Assembly: GCA_945861975.1 (NCBI GenBank)
Contig: CAMAXD010000001.1
Coordinates: forward strand, 1-61,079
From: Candidatus Kuenenia stuttgartensis
GTDB lineage: Bacteria; Planctomycetota; Planctomycetia; Planctomycetales; Planctomycetaceae
DNA length: 61,079 nt
Direction: 5' to 3'
The notes under the pieces are model-generated. The model ran no database searches and was not told where the DNA came from. It was given only the letters and a program-made list of their open reading frames with translations. Below are positions 10,401-18,883 of this stretch, in pieces. Each line of letters begins with the position of its first letter. Position 1 is the stretch's first letter. Position numbers and translations under genes: made by a program.

Positions 10401-10566
10401 GTTCCAGGTTGATAACGGACCAAACCTGAACAATCCAAACAACGTCTTCACAAACTTTGGAGTGACGCAGGATATTCAGGCAGCGTTCACAACTGGAAAC
10501 TACAACATCCGGGCTGCGGCCGATCCTGCCTTCCCGAACCTTGGCTTTGCTCCATTCCTCCCATAA
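4426..10566 (+). CDS. giant secreted protein: signal peptide, inverse-autotransporter-like beta-barrel region, parallel beta-helix repeat passenger with Ca-binding DxDxDG loops and a HEXXH...H zinc-protease-like motif
   Basis: Uninterrupted 2046-aa ORF. N-terminal signal-like MKPIRIFATASLIISSVALITAASI. Residues about 105-326 contain NGGLVYRR...GVNAFLDYD...RGTLGFESLGRYVDFRANGYF...SGFDLE...YGGAYY, which resembles the intimin/invasin beta-domain. Dozens of NxxxNNxxxGI/NGGxG beta-helix rungs follow. HELGHTLSLRH is at 7468-7500. Confidence 0.9.
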   Translation: MKPIRIFATASLIISSVALITAASISVGDEPGVVRMAAFKPQDGATAPAPTPDPVGSDGVATMNQPEATPELYPQPGSYSPYFERSFAVTEAVPNVFYQPVQPFGPIVMFETNTDDGIGFNNGYQRVNARLPYHIIPNTNVLITDLSASVTFDGLPVANGGLVYRRYDDAYNRIFGVNAFLDYDKGYGYNEWYRGTLGFESLGRYVDFRANGYFMLGDDTSILSNTLLAGLQLQGNNAFNQRQQVASNAYSGFDLETGGPIPLLGQYGQNLYGGAYYLTNNNGGDTVGFQARWEALITQNLTVNTRLTSDDTFGTNIWTALQYEIPNYKDRRILRPHSSVRERLQDPVYRHNRVHESIDTTVTLEALVNHGEDFNNNGLLDAGEDIDCDGILDTGSALPYFLTHIDPNATNPGTGTVEDPFSTLQAAALANNAGIDIFRIAPRADDSGTGLTVNGGFSLFDDQIMLSSIQDYNLGAPGTTGSVILGVPTTTNLGPLISNPTMGVGGSVIHLANNNRVIGMRLDGANAAGTIFGDGFQNALPITNSYLTSNVVTNYSTGANLQDVSGKVEIVGNQFNGLLGPSIDGLNLSSAAGSDTDLLLTNNISSNNSGSGFVVTAKAGSTINADDPDGAHCVTGILNNTANDNGAGMVIEAQAGATINAVVEGNTTLRNTFDGLSMTADGGTFNLASLSGNTFSRNLNNGTLIHYLNGGLFRSLSEDLDGDGILDVGEDLNGNERLDSGIVSNTMNDNIFAGLQITGEDASVGEFDIGGPMPTLGNTFIGNSEGGILVDLQDQATAQVDALFNTVTGGNAVPGLTIVLDFIDPGQASEVDINGFQVDTFDVTNYGFAATDFDLVTNSILATLQEYYNNLPTAADDVRSPIPAGSELNLDFVIGDTGVAPSNGATEYYVMTIGDSLNAPAGLGGAAGDIGNIRNALGQGPGQGLFGTPQANGASAMGVYTNNVVNDFGPGINPPNAFNGGLTVDVNGSAPYAITALTSGNLTFTRRALGFVAAHELGHTLSLRHILAASAVTPTGRQPIMGTPAFDLSVQALVEPVEFAFSGTNPGEIPGEAPFVQNDIAQLASAIGTRVAAGETKNGIRVNASDNARLLASTFNNNTITGASDDGIAILMNDSAVAEGVTIQTNTIINGGGNGIRLVADGPNAEIHADNTIGGNGVNVYNGVNFNQGNIINNNDGDGFRALAANNGLIHGNLINNTITDNGGNGAALMIDNGGIVDFGTVANNRVIRGNTITGNGGAGLLLNQLTNPSTETQLDATVLGNTLSNNAGGGILSRLNGANNNPPAAPVTPNNNRLNLVVGGTAATDANTINANGDVGIGVVVAGNGSANVAITNTTVTGTTNGADPLLNGSGIHFNRADSSLLTATLDNVTSTGNAGDGLRVETQGSDKTDPNLPIPNTPNTVIVTDSDFSNNTLNGAFFQTRGDSTLIGNMSNSQFTNNGQNGIVVQTAENSSFGDPTIGLPPGQRSLFNGLIVEDNGNDGVQITATQNSRTLLEINSTVNPTSISNNGGDGVGITTTGGRSDILITSGLLPAVRTTIDGNGTTAGGNGVRWDASGASEGVVRVTKTDILGSIAGASEDLNNNGVLDAGEDLNNNGDIDVAEGDGIQANFSENATATLIVGNVGEGNRIQNNEDDGIAITATGSDVTGNPRPIITITDNIIGGTLNGLQAGNGGDGVSLNVFGGTAVGIASGAVDNSITAASPGTDAFNGRLGVSETGAIPQFTMTENIVSNNNGRGVNIALTGASGRRDREFGNAIFDPVRIRLDDNTIVSNGAEGMFYRADSDMNQSRFVFLPNFPDPPFVGFDNQNFSPFQAQFFNFNVGSVNGNTAYLAPYLNLRTVQNSLFTVTNNTVQNNGVNGVTGEGIRIDVGTGAYVAADIRNNALGGNLQEDLVTSSFLSAGNTFDSVDDSGDLTFDYVYLDDTAQLDMRFLNNSGNQVAPSDFGALYTNADPLKTQFFGNIGVTQRDAGLFQVDNGPNLNNPNNVFTNFGVTQDIQAAFTTGNYNIRAAADPAFPNLGFAPFLP

Positions 10567-10598
10567 ACTGGTTGAACAGCAAAACCTGATCTGACTCA

Positions 10599-10635
10599 CA
10601 GGAGCCCCGAATTTCGGCGGCTCCTGTTTTTTTTT
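10599..10635 (+). terminator. intrinsic terminator after the giant gene
   Basis: CAGGAGCCCCGAA / TTCGGCGGCTCCTG stem (one bulge) followed by a run of 9 T, about 30 nt after the stop codon. Confidence 0.75.
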
Positions 10636-10729
10636 AACGATCGAAGCCGCCGAACAAGATTACCGTCGTCGAGACAAATCCCGCTTCAAAGTCTGGAGAA
10701 GCGGTACATCCGAAACTACAATACAGGGC

Positions 10730-11305
10730 ATGCTGCATCTTCACTCAACATCGCCCGACCGGTGGCTTCTTCAGGTGAAACAACACCTCGCAGATGTCCT
10801 GATTGACCACGCGCACTGCGAACAGAAGGCCGCCTCAACGGCCATGGATCTGATGTTCGACTACGTCGAAAATGAAGATCTCTGCCATGAAATGACGGAA
10901 ATCGTTCGAGAAGAACTGGAACATTTTGAACTCGTCCGAAAACTGCTGAAAGACCGCGGCATTCGTTTTCTGCGACTCAAGCCCGGAACTTACGGACGGA
11001 AACTCAAGGAACTGGTTCGGCGTCAGGAACCACAGCGAGCTGTCGATCGCCTGCTGGTAGCAGCGTTGATTGAAGCTCGCAGTTGTGAAAGATTTGTGCT
11101 TCTAAGAGATCATCTGGAAGATCCTGCACTACAGGCATTTTACGGCAGCCTGTACGAGTCTGAAGCACGGCATCATGCAACCTATGTTCGTCTCGCAAAG
11201 CTATTCTCCGATGATCACTCTGTCAATCTGCGGCTGCAGGAACTGGCGGTGCTGGAAGCTGCAATTGTAGAGGAAGGCTGTGAGCTTCCTCGTGTTCATA
11301 GTTAA
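10730..11305 (+). CDS. miaE: tRNA-(ms2io6A)-hydroxylase
   Basis: Reads STSPDRWL...LIDHAHCEQKAASTA...EELEHFE...LIEARSCERF...YESEARHH, the di-iron MiaE family pattern as I recall it. 191 aa. Confidence 0.82.
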   Translation: MLHLHSTSPDRWLLQVKQHLADVLIDHAHCEQKAASTAMDLMFDYVENEDLCHEMTEIVREELEHFELVRKLLKDRGIRFLRLKPGTYGRKLKELVRRQEPQRAVDRLLVAALIEARSCERFVLLRDHLEDPALQAFYGSLYESEARHHATYVRLAKLFSDDHSVNLRLQELAVLEAAIVEEGCELPRVHS

Positions 11306-11387
11306 AGGACTAGCTGGCTAATCGTACTGGACTTCCGGCATTCATAAATAAGAGGCCCTGACAAAACCGGGACGGGCACCATCGGCG

Positions 11388-13535
11388 GTGGCTTTTCTCC
11401 ATGATTCCGGGAGCTCTGCGGGAGCCAGTCCCGATTGTGTTAGCCATTCCAAATACAATTCGCATGTCTTCCGTTTCCGTTGGTTCCCATCCGCAAATCT
11501 TTTTACGAGCCACAACGTGACATCTCCCAGCTCAGGTCATAACGAGTACGCTTTTATTCTTACCTGGGATGGAGCCAGCTGGCGTGACGTCGTACGGCTG
11601 CGTCAGGGCCACGTTACCACGATCGGTCGCTCGGCAACGAATCGGATTGTCCTTGAAGATGATGCCAGCAGCCGAAATCACTGCGAGATCTTCTTCTCCG
11701 ACAGTGAATGGCGCCTGCGTGATCTGAAGAGCCGGAACGGTACGAGCGTCCGCGGAAAGACCGTTTCCGGCGACTTCACTTTGCAGTCGGGTGATGTGAT
11801 CAGCATCGGTGAATGTCGACTGGCATTTACTACAAGCCTGGAATCAGCGCCGGTTTCTCCGCCTGGATTGCCAGGGGCACCGGGTGAGCGGGCGACGTCG
11901 CCGACGCAAGCGGCCGTCAGCCATGAACGCGAGCCCAGCATTCTGCATCGAACGGCGAAACCTGAATTCCTGTCCCCGGGCGCGGCCTCAGGAAGTGCCC
12001 TCAATTATGGTGCTGAGCTGGCCAAGCTGTATGGACTTGGACTTGAAATGGGGGCCGCCAAAACTCGCCAGCAACTGACCGATGTTGTCCTGGTCAGCCT
12101 CGCCCGTGAAACGGTTGCCAGCATCTCCGCCATTCTGCTTGCGTCGCAGGAAGCCAGCGGCCCGCCGATGCCATCTGACCTTCAGGTTGTCGCCTATCAC
12201 AGCTTGAAAGATCTGCCCTATCGACGAGTCTCCGACAACCTTTCCCGCGTTGTTCTCTCGCGCCGCGAAGCCATCCTCGCGCGCGACGTTGGTGATGATC
12301 GTCAATTGTCAGTGTTTGACAGCCTCGGAGAAATGAAAGCGCTCAGTGTCATCTGTGCGCCGATCACCTCGGCCGAACGCGTTCTCGGATTGATTCATCT
12401 GTACTCGACAAATCCTGACAATCCGCTGGATAAACATGATCTCGAATTTACACTCGCAGTGGCTAATCAGCTCGCCGTTTCACTTGGGCACCTTCAGGAA
12501 CGCGACTCGCTTCAAACAGGCCTGGCTCAGGCTCGCAGTGTTAACGAATCTCTGCGCTCTCAATTGTCGCAGGAACAAAACCTGATCGGCGAAACCGCCA
12601 GCATGACAGAGCTGAAGGAACGTATCTCGCTGATCGCCGAAACTCACGCCAATGTTTTAATTCGTGGTGAGAGCGGCTGTGGAAAAGAACTGATCGCGCG
12701 GAGCATTCATTCGCTTAGCCCACGAAAAGATGCGCCGTTTGTCTGCATCAATTGTGCGGCGCTGAATGAAAGTCTTCTGGAGAGTGAACTGTTCGGCCAC
12801 GAAAAAGGTGCCTTTACCGGCGCGGTGGATCGCAAAATCGGTCGCTTCGAACAGGCTGATGGCGGCACGTTGTTCCTTGATGAAGTCGGCGAAATGAGTC
12901 CTTCGATTCAGGCAAAGTTCCTGCGAGTTCTGGAAGGCTATGCGTTTGAGCGAATTGGTGGGCGCAAACTGATCCAGGTGAATGTTCGCATCGTGGCCGC
13001 TACGAATCGAGATCTCGAAGAGGCAGTCGAAGATGGCGACTTCCGTAAAGACCTCTATTTTCGCCTGCAGGTGGCTGAGATCACGGCCAGCCCGCTTCGT
13101 GAACGTCGAGATGACATTGAATTACTGGCCAACGCTTTCCTAAAGAAGTTTGTTGAGAAAACCGGTCGCGTCATCAAGGGCTTCACAGACGACGCGATGC
13201 AGATCCTGCGGGAATACAACTGGCCGGGCAATGTTCGAGAGCTTCAGAACACGATCGAAAGAACTGTAATTCTCTGTCGAAACGAAGTCGTTCGCGTTTC
13301 CGACATTCAGTTGTCCAGCCTGGGCAGTCGTCCTGCTGCCCCGGTCGTTGATCGTGGTACTCCCGGAGAATACCGTGAAGTTTCAATGGCCGATATTGAA
13401 CAGGAACATATCCTGAAAACCCTGGAACACACCGGTTGGAATAAGTCCAGGTCTGCTCAGATCCTGGGAATCGAGCGATCCACTCTGGACCGAAAACTGA
13501 AGCGATATCATTTCCCTCCACCTCTGACAGACTGA
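11388..13535 (+). CDS. sigma-54-dependent transcriptional activator with N-terminal FHA and GAF domains
   Basis: FHA block (TIGRS...SRNHCEI...NGTSV). GAF-like middle. AAA+ sigma54 core ([45 protein letters not shown]). C-terminal Fis-type HTH ([23 protein letters not shown]). The start is uncertain: ATG 11388 or in-frame GTG 11517. Confidence 0.9.
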   Translation: MAFLHDSGSSAGASPDCVSHSKYNSHVFRFRWFPSANLFTSHNVTSPSSGHNEYAFILTWDGASWRDVVRLRQGHVTTIGRSATNRIVLEDDASSRNHCEIFFSDSEWRLRDLKSRNGTSVRGKTVSGDFTLQSGDVISIGECRLAFTTSLESAPVSPPGLPGAPGERATSPTQAAVSHEREPSILHRTAKPEFLSPGAASGSALNYGAELAKLYGLGLEMGAAKTRQQLTDVVLVSLARETVASISAILLASQEASGPPMPSDLQVVAYHSLKDLPYRRVSDNLSRVVLSRREAILARDVGDDRQLSVFDSLGEMKALSVICAPITSAERVLGLIHLYSTNPDNPLDKHDLEFTLAVANQLAVSLGHLQERDSLQTGLAQARSVNESLRSQLSQEQNLIGETASMTELKERISLIAETHANVLIRGESGCGKELIARSIHSLSPRKDAPFVCINCAALNESLLESELFGHEKGAFTGAVDRKIGRFEQADGGTLFLDEVGEMSPSIQAKFLRVLEGYAFERIGGRKLIQVNVRIVAATNRDLEEAVEDGDFRKDLYFRLQVAEITASPLRERRDDIELLANAFLKKFVEKTGRVIKGFTDDAMQILREYNWPGNVRELQNTIERTVILCRNEVVRVSDIQLSSLGSRPAAPVVDRGTPGEYREVSMADIEQEHILKTLEHTGWNKSRSAQILGIERSTLDRKLKRYHFPPPLTD

Positions 13536-13537
13536 CC

Positions 13538-13705
13538 ATGCCAATTTCATTCCAGTGCCCGCAGTGTGGCCGCCCAACTCGAGTCGCCGACGATCTTGCA
13601 GGCCGGCGCGACCATCAGCGGAATCTTCATGCGGTTGTACTGGACTCGTGTTCGAGAGCACTTCCTGCACGGCTGCGCGTTACCCGGAATTATCGTGTCT
13701 GTTGA
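13538..13705 (+). CDS. possible small zinc-ribbon-like ORF (55 aa); weak
   Basis: ATG 3 nt after the activator stop. The N-terminus MPISFQCPQCGRPTRVADDLAGRR looks like the first half of a CxxC...CxxC ribbon, but no second CxxC follows in this frame. It is below the ORF-track length cut-off. Confidence 0.25.
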   Translation: MPISFQCPQCGRPTRVADDLAGRRDHQRNLHAVVLDSCSRALPARLRVTRNYRVC

Positions 13706-13979
13706 AAACCAGTTGGTCGCATTCTGCACAGTTCTGACGCCAGGGGATGACAACTGTCCTGCGGTTCGAATTCTGCGTCAGCCGATTCACAACATGTGCG
13801 ATGGAGATCCCACGCCAGACAGAAGGACTGCATCGAATCTGGTAGAAGATGCCGGGATTTTCCGCTCGGCAAAACCCCGGCTATGTTCGCGATGGTGGCC
13901 AGTTGATTGAGTCATCGAGATTACTAAGAAGTAGGCTTCAGTGGCTTGTCTTTCCGGGGAACGACAACGGGGCTTCTCT

Positions 13980-14462
13980 ATGCTTCAGTTAATCTACACC
14001 AGTGAAGCGAAAAACAACTTCTCGCCCAGTGAACTGCAGAACCTGCTGCTGACCGTACGACGCAACAATGACCGTGACGCCATCACGGGCATGTTGCTTT
14101 ACGAGGATGGCACGTTCCTGCAGGTTCTTGAGGGTGAAAACGACGTTATCGAGTCCACCTACCAGCGAATTGCTGCTGACAAGCGACACCACAAGATCAT
14201 GCTGATTGCCCGTTTCGAAATCGACCACAGATCGTTTCACGATTGGGAAATGGGGTTCTTTGATGCCTCCGGTGGCAAACTGTTGCAACTGCCGGGATAC
14301 AGCAATTTCCTCAGCAGGAAAACAGTCGAGTTGGAGAACCTGGAAGACGGCGATAAGGCGCGGGAAGTTCTCCTGAACTTTAAGCTGGGTGCGTGGCACA
14401 GACATTCATCGCCCTTGCACGCAGCGAATCCACACCACTCCTCAACGCACCATGAACTTTAG
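13980..14462 (+). CDS. BLUF-domain blue-light photoreceptor (stand-alone, short)
   Basis: Reads MLQLIYTSEA...ITGMLLYEDGTFLQVLEGE...FHDWEMGF, which carries the conserved Tyr, Gln and Trp/Met of BLUF. Start placed at ATG 13980 rather than the GTG at 13941. Confidence 0.85.
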   Translation: MLQLIYTSEAKNNFSPSELQNLLLTVRRNNDRDAITGMLLYEDGTFLQVLEGENDVIESTYQRIAADKRHHKIMLIARFEIDHRSFHDWEMGFFDASGGKLLQLPGYSNFLSRKTVELENLEDGDKAREVLLNFKLGAWHRHSSPLHAANPHHSSTHHEL

Positions 14463-14473
14463 TATACGGGCCG

Positions 14474-15136
14474 CTATTGACGAACATCGGGCGGCTTGCG
14501 AAGGTGCTGAACCCACGCGGGCGGCACATTCAGCCAGACATTGTCTCGGCGGATGCGACAGCGGTCGCAATGTGCTTGTAGTGTATCGTCGATCGAACTG
14601 ATCCGCATTCTTTCTGCGCCGCGCGTGACTATCTTTCGAACGGGCCTCACGTACATGTATTCGAAGTAGCTGAGAACTCCACCAGGCTTCAACAGCCGGA
14701 AGTAGGTATCGGTTATCGAAGTCACAAGTTCTGCGGGAAAGTTATTCAGAGGAAGTCCGGAGATCACAAAGTCGTAGGGTTCTTCAGCAACAAAATCCTG
14801 CACGGGCAACTGGTGAAGAGTCGCCTGGGCTCGAACTCTCTGCCATTCAGCCTCGTTCTCAAAACGCTCTCTGAGGATGGCAACGAACTCTTCGTTCAGC
14901 TCAACCAGATCAAACACATCACCAGGCTGAAGCAGTTTCACAATCGACTCAGTGACCGGCCCGGTTCCTGGTCCGATCTCCAGCACGCGCACAGGGGTTG
15001 CTGAACTTCGTGCGGCCAAAAAACCAGTCATGGATCGTGCCAGAAATCGACTGCTGGGAGCAATCGCGCCGGTCGTTTCGAACCGCTGTCGAAACTGGCG
15101 AAAGAAGGCTGACTGGTTCTTCAGGGCAGAAAGCAT
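14474..15136 (-). CDS. class I SAM-dependent methyltransferase (COG3963 phospholipid N-methyltransferase-like)
   Basis: Reads TGAIAPSSRFLARSM... and the SAM motif I VLEIGPGTGPVT. 220 aa. Convergent with the BLUF gene, with an 11-nt gap. Confidence 0.8.
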   Translation of the reverse strand: MLSALKNQSAFFRQFRQRFETTGAIAPSSRFLARSMTGFLAARSSATPVRVLEIGPGTGPVTESIVKLLQPGDVFDLVELNEEFVAILRERFENEAEWQRVRAQATLHQLPVQDFVAEEPYDFVISGLPLNNFPAELVTSITDTYFRLLKPGGVLSYFEYMYVRPVRKIVTRGAERMRISSIDDTLQAHCDRCRIRRDNVWLNVPPAWVQHLRKPPDVRQ

Positions 15137-15219
15137 AGTCGCCTGTCAATCAATCCATGAATGAAGAAACCCGGCCAGAAATTTGGCCGGGCTTCGAATG
15201 CATTCAGCGTATCAATCAA

Positions 15220-15303
15220 ATGCGAGAGGGGGGAGTTGAACCCCCACGCCGTTTAAGGCACAGGATCCTAAATCCAGCGCGTCTGCCAATTTCGCCACTC
15301 TCG
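15220..15303 (-). tRNA. tRNA-Leu (anticodon UAG)
   Basis: Reverse complement reads GCGAGAG-TG-GCGAAATTGGCAGACGC-G-CTGGA-TTTAGGA-TCCTG-(long variable arm TGCCTTAAACGGCG)-TGGGGGTTCAACTCCCCC-CTCTCGC-A. The cloverleaf fits with one U-U mismatch in the anticodon stem. CCA is not encoded. Confidence 0.9.
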
Positions 15304-15511
15304 CTGCTGATGCCTACTCAGCTCCCTGAAACAACTTCCATAGTGCTGACGGCCGCTATGGTGCCAAGTCGTCGTCACGAATTCAACTGTCGACACGCAA
15401 TGTGCGCAAGGTTCGCGTCGATTCTCTTCTTTTCATGACGATTATTCTGGTTTGCCCAATCCTGGAAAGCTGAAACGCCTGCCAATAGGTCCTCTACGGA
15501 CATGGATTCAT

Positions 15512-18445
15512 TCAGGCGCTCTGGAACGACGAGGCCAGCTGCTCGATCTGATCGAGGAGCGCATTAATCTCATCTTCTAGTCCTGGCAAGGCCCGCTTTG
15601 CCTCGTCAAGATTGCCTGACACCACGGAAAGTTCGAGGGTCTTTGCATAATTCCGGAGACGAGTCCCGGCGAGATTGCCAGCACAGCCCTTGATGGTGTG
15701 TGCGACTTTCTTTGCAACCGGAGCGTCGTTAGCAGCGAGAGCAGTACTAAAAGCGGCAATGTGTCGAGGGGCATCGTCGCGGAAAGCACCAGCCAGAATT
15801 TCGATCAGTTCCTGATCGCCACCGACCCGGCTCATCAGTTCTTCACGGTTCAGAATTGCATCAGAGGCCGCATTGACCGGGGGATCGGCAACAGAACAAG
15901 CAGGATCTACTTCTGCCGCAACCACTGCATTCAACTCTTTGCCAGTCGGTTCGCTGGTGTCGGTCAGAAAAACTGAGTTCGCCCCAGGCTGTGGCTCCAA
16001 CTGCAACGGCAACGGCAGATAGCGAGACAACGTTGCGTACAACCCAGCAAAGGAAATCGGTTTCGTCACAAAATCATCCATCCCGCAGAATAAACATTTC
16101 TCCCGATCTCCGGCCATTGCATTGGCCGTCAGTGCAAGAATCGGCAGGCGATGCCCTGCCCTTGCTTTCCTTTCTGCCTTTCGAATCAACCGCGTTGCCT
16201 CGTAACCGTCCATTGTCGGCATCTGACAATCCATAAGGACGGCGTCGAACGTTTCAGTATTGAGAACTCGCACGGCTTCACTACCATCGGCAGCAATCGT
16301 GACCTCGAATCCGTCTTTGGCAAGCACTCTCATCATCAGTTGCTGGTTGACGAAATTATCTTCGACAACCAGTAGTCGACCTCGCGATCCCTGAACCTGC
16401 GAAACCTGTTCAGCCGCGACTGGAGTGGTCGACACTTCCTCAACGGCTGTATCCAGCGTAAGAATCGTCTCCAGCAACTCGGACTGATTCACTGGTTTAG
16501 TCAGATAGGCACAGATCTTTGCGTTCTTAAGACGAATACGGTGGTGAGCTGTATCGGACGAACTCAACAGGATCACTCTTGTGTCGCGTGCGCAAGACAG
16601 ACTGGCGATCATTTCAGCGACTGCAAATCCATCCATTTCCGGCATATGAACGTCCAGCAGAACAAGGCTGAATTGATTGCCGGACCGGTCAGCCGCCTCA
16701 AGTGCTTCGCGAACCAGCCTTCCCTGATCGACGGTTTCTACGTCCATTCGCCAGACTGTCAAAATCTCCTGCAGGATGAGACGGTTCGTTGGATTGTCAT
16801 CAACGACAAGAACTCGTTGTCGAGGCAGGGAATCGCACTTCTGATCCGGTGAATTTGCAATCTCCTTCGTGGCTTCATCAAGCGGTATTCGGAACGAGAA
16901 CGTACTTCCTGTTCCGGGTAGACTCCGGACGCGAATTCGACCGTTCATCAGATCCACAAGTCGAGTACAGATTGCAAGTCCCAGTCCTGTGCCACCATAG
17001 TGTCGCGTTGTACTTCCGTCAGCCTGAACGAAAGCTTCGAAGATTGATTCCTGTCGCTCCAGCGGGATACCAATACCCGTATCTCGAACCGAGAATTCCA
17101 ATTCGCGGAGATTCTCCTCCGTTGTGACATCAGCAACAGTCACTGCAACTTCACCATGATGCGTAAATTTGATGGCATTGCCGACCAGGTTGACCAGTAC
17201 CTGACGAATTCTTCCTGCGTCGCCCAATAAATGACGCGGCACTGTAGGCAGAAATCTACAGGTCAATTCCAGCCCTCTCTGTTCCGCCCGCAAACCTAAC
17301 AGCTTCATCACATTGCCGACGACTTCGCGAGGTTCAAACTCGGTCTTGTCGATCTGCAGCATGTTGGCTTCGATCTTGGAGAAGTCGAGAATATCATTCA
17401 AAACATTCATCAGGGCTTCCCCCGACGACACAACCAACTCAAGGTTTCTTCTTTGTTCTGCAGAAATCGGGGTCTGCAGCAACAGTTCCGTCAGCCCTAG
17501 AATGCCATTCATCGGAGTCCGGATTTCATGACTCATGTTCGCCAGAAACTCACTCTTAGCTCGACTTCCCTGCTCCGCCGCATCACGGGCAACGATCAGC
17601 TCAGCATTCAGGTCACTCAGCGATTCCGCTTGTTTTCTTAGCTCGCGACTCAACTTCGCCCGTTGCCTCAACTCGGCCTGCATAACTCCCACAGTGCTGC
17701 TGCTACCCATCACCGTCAGCAGTAGCGTCATCGCAAATCCAAGGATCGCAGACCGAGCCCAAAGAATCGACGCAACCCACTCGAAGCCATCAAAATCAAC
17801 ACCAACGATTCCATCAGGCTGTCCGTGCTGGTCGAAAATCGGAGCGTAAGAACTAACCCACGTCCCCCAGCGATCGGTGTACGGCACATCGTCAAAGTAT
17901 GTGCCGGGAGAATCACTGCGAAGTGCGGCCAGCAGAAGTGACGAAGGATCCTTGTAGATCTCCCCAATCGTTGTTCGCTGTTCGCGAAGCTCGTCGATGG
18001 TTCCGTTGTTGTTATAGTCTGTCTCAGAATCCACAAGCAGCCGCAGATTCCCATCCTCGCAGCGTCTGATCGTGTAAACATCATCAACGGTTTTACTAAA
18101 ACTCAGCCACTTAACTTCTTTGTTCAGCAGCATCAGGTAGGTCGGATCGTCTGCCGGTGTGAACTCGGAAATATTGTAGTGACCGTGCTCACGCATTTCA
18201 TCGGCGTAGCCCGTCGCAAATCCGTCAATCGAACTGCGCAATTGCGCGCGTTCAGTTTCCCCACATCGTATCGCGAGATAAACGCTGCCGCAGATCAGAA
18301 TCAGCGCTGAACTTCTGAGAGCGCCACGCTGCCTTTTGTCGAACGAACGACTGAAAAAATAGTGATCAGCCAGCAGTACCCCAACGAGCGTCAGAACTGC
18401 AAATGTGATGACGTCAAGATTCCATTGCAGGATCAGATTAAACAT
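15512..18445 (-). CDS. hybrid sensor histidine kinase (TM / Cache-like sensor / HisKA-HATPase / two receiver domains / Hpt)
   Basis: Reads [17 protein letters not shown] (H-box), GTGLGLAI (G2), two D-containing receiver blocks ([10 protein letters not shown]...[11 protein letters not shown]; [10 protein letters not shown]...[11 protein letters not shown]), and Hpt [12 protein letters not shown]. Start taken at ATG 18443-18445, ahead of a TM segment. The ORF stays open to 18841, so the start is uncertain. Confidence 0.9.
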   Translation of the reverse strand: MFNLILQWNLDVITFAVLTLVGVLLADHYFFSRSFDKRQRGALRSSALILICGSVYLAIRCGETERAQLRSSIDGFATGYADEMREHGHYNISEFTPADDPTYLMLLNKEVKWLSFSKTVDDVYTIRRCEDGNLRLLVDSETDYNNNGTIDELREQRTTIGEIYKDPSSLLLAALRSDSPGTYFDDVPYTDRWGTWVSSYAPIFDQHGQPDGIVGVDFDGFEWVASILWARSAILGFAMTLLLTVMGSSSTVGVMQAELRQRAKLSRELRKQAESLSDLNAELIVARDAAEQGSRAKSEFLANMSHEIRTPMNGILGLTELLLQTPISAEQRRNLELVVSSGEALMNVLNDILDFSKIEANMLQIDKTEFEPREVVGNVMKLLGLRAEQRGLELTCRFLPTVPRHLLGDAGRIRQVLVNLVGNAIKFTHHGEVAVTVADVTTEENLRELEFSVRDTGIGIPLERQESIFEAFVQADGSTTRHYGGTGLGLAICTRLVDLMNGRIRVRSLPGTGSTFSFRIPLDEATKEIANSPDQKCDSLPRQRVLVVDDNPTNRLILQEILTVWRMDVETVDQGRLVREALEAADRSGNQFSLVLLDVHMPEMDGFAVAEMIASLSCARDTRVILLSSSDTAHHRIRLKNAKICAYLTKPVNQSELLETILTLDTAVEEVSTTPVAAEQVSQVQGSRGRLLVVEDNFVNQQLMMRVLAKDGFEVTIAADGSEAVRVLNTETFDAVLMDCQMPTMDGYEATRLIRKAERKARAGHRLPILALTANAMAGDREKCLFCGMDDFVTKPISFAGLYATLSRYLPLPLQLEPQPGANSVFLTDTSEPTGKELNAVVAAEVDPACSVADPPVNAASDAILNREELMSRVGGDQELIEILAGAFRDDAPRHIAAFSTALAANDAPVAKKVAHTIKGCAGNLAGTRLRNYAKTLELSVVSGNLDEAKRALPGLEDEINALLDQIEQLASSFQSA

Positions 18446-18883
18446 GGAGCACGCTACTCGAAACAAAGGCCCCGGATCGCCTTTCAGCAAACCGTTGAAC
18501 AACAAGTACGGAATCCCCGACGAGATTAATCTCAAAGTAGTGAATGGCAGGATCTCTTCGCAGACATTGGCATTCGATCGAAGAGATCCAACATGACAAA
18601 TGTGTTGTCCACTTCCTGATTGCAGCGTTTTTTGTTCCGTTCGGCCCAAATTCGACCTGATAACGACGCCTCTCAACACGCTCAGCGGGATTATGCGACG
18701 CGAATTCACCAGACAGGTTGTAACGATTAGCACGGAATGTACGTCTTTTGTGGATGACAAATCGACAGCCGCAGTCGGTGATTGTCCAAAAACCTTCTTC
18801 TCTGTACGCACGTTGAAATTCTGCGACCTAGGTTTAAACATAGTCGGGCACGTAGATTCGGAAATTGAGGTGCTCCCGCTGCG

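Noticed and set aside
15220-15303. tRNA-Leu as a possible genomic-island integration site.
   Set aside because: There is no integrase or recombinase gene, and I could not see a direct repeat of the tRNA 3' end on either side. The flanking genes are ordinary sensory and metabolic genes.
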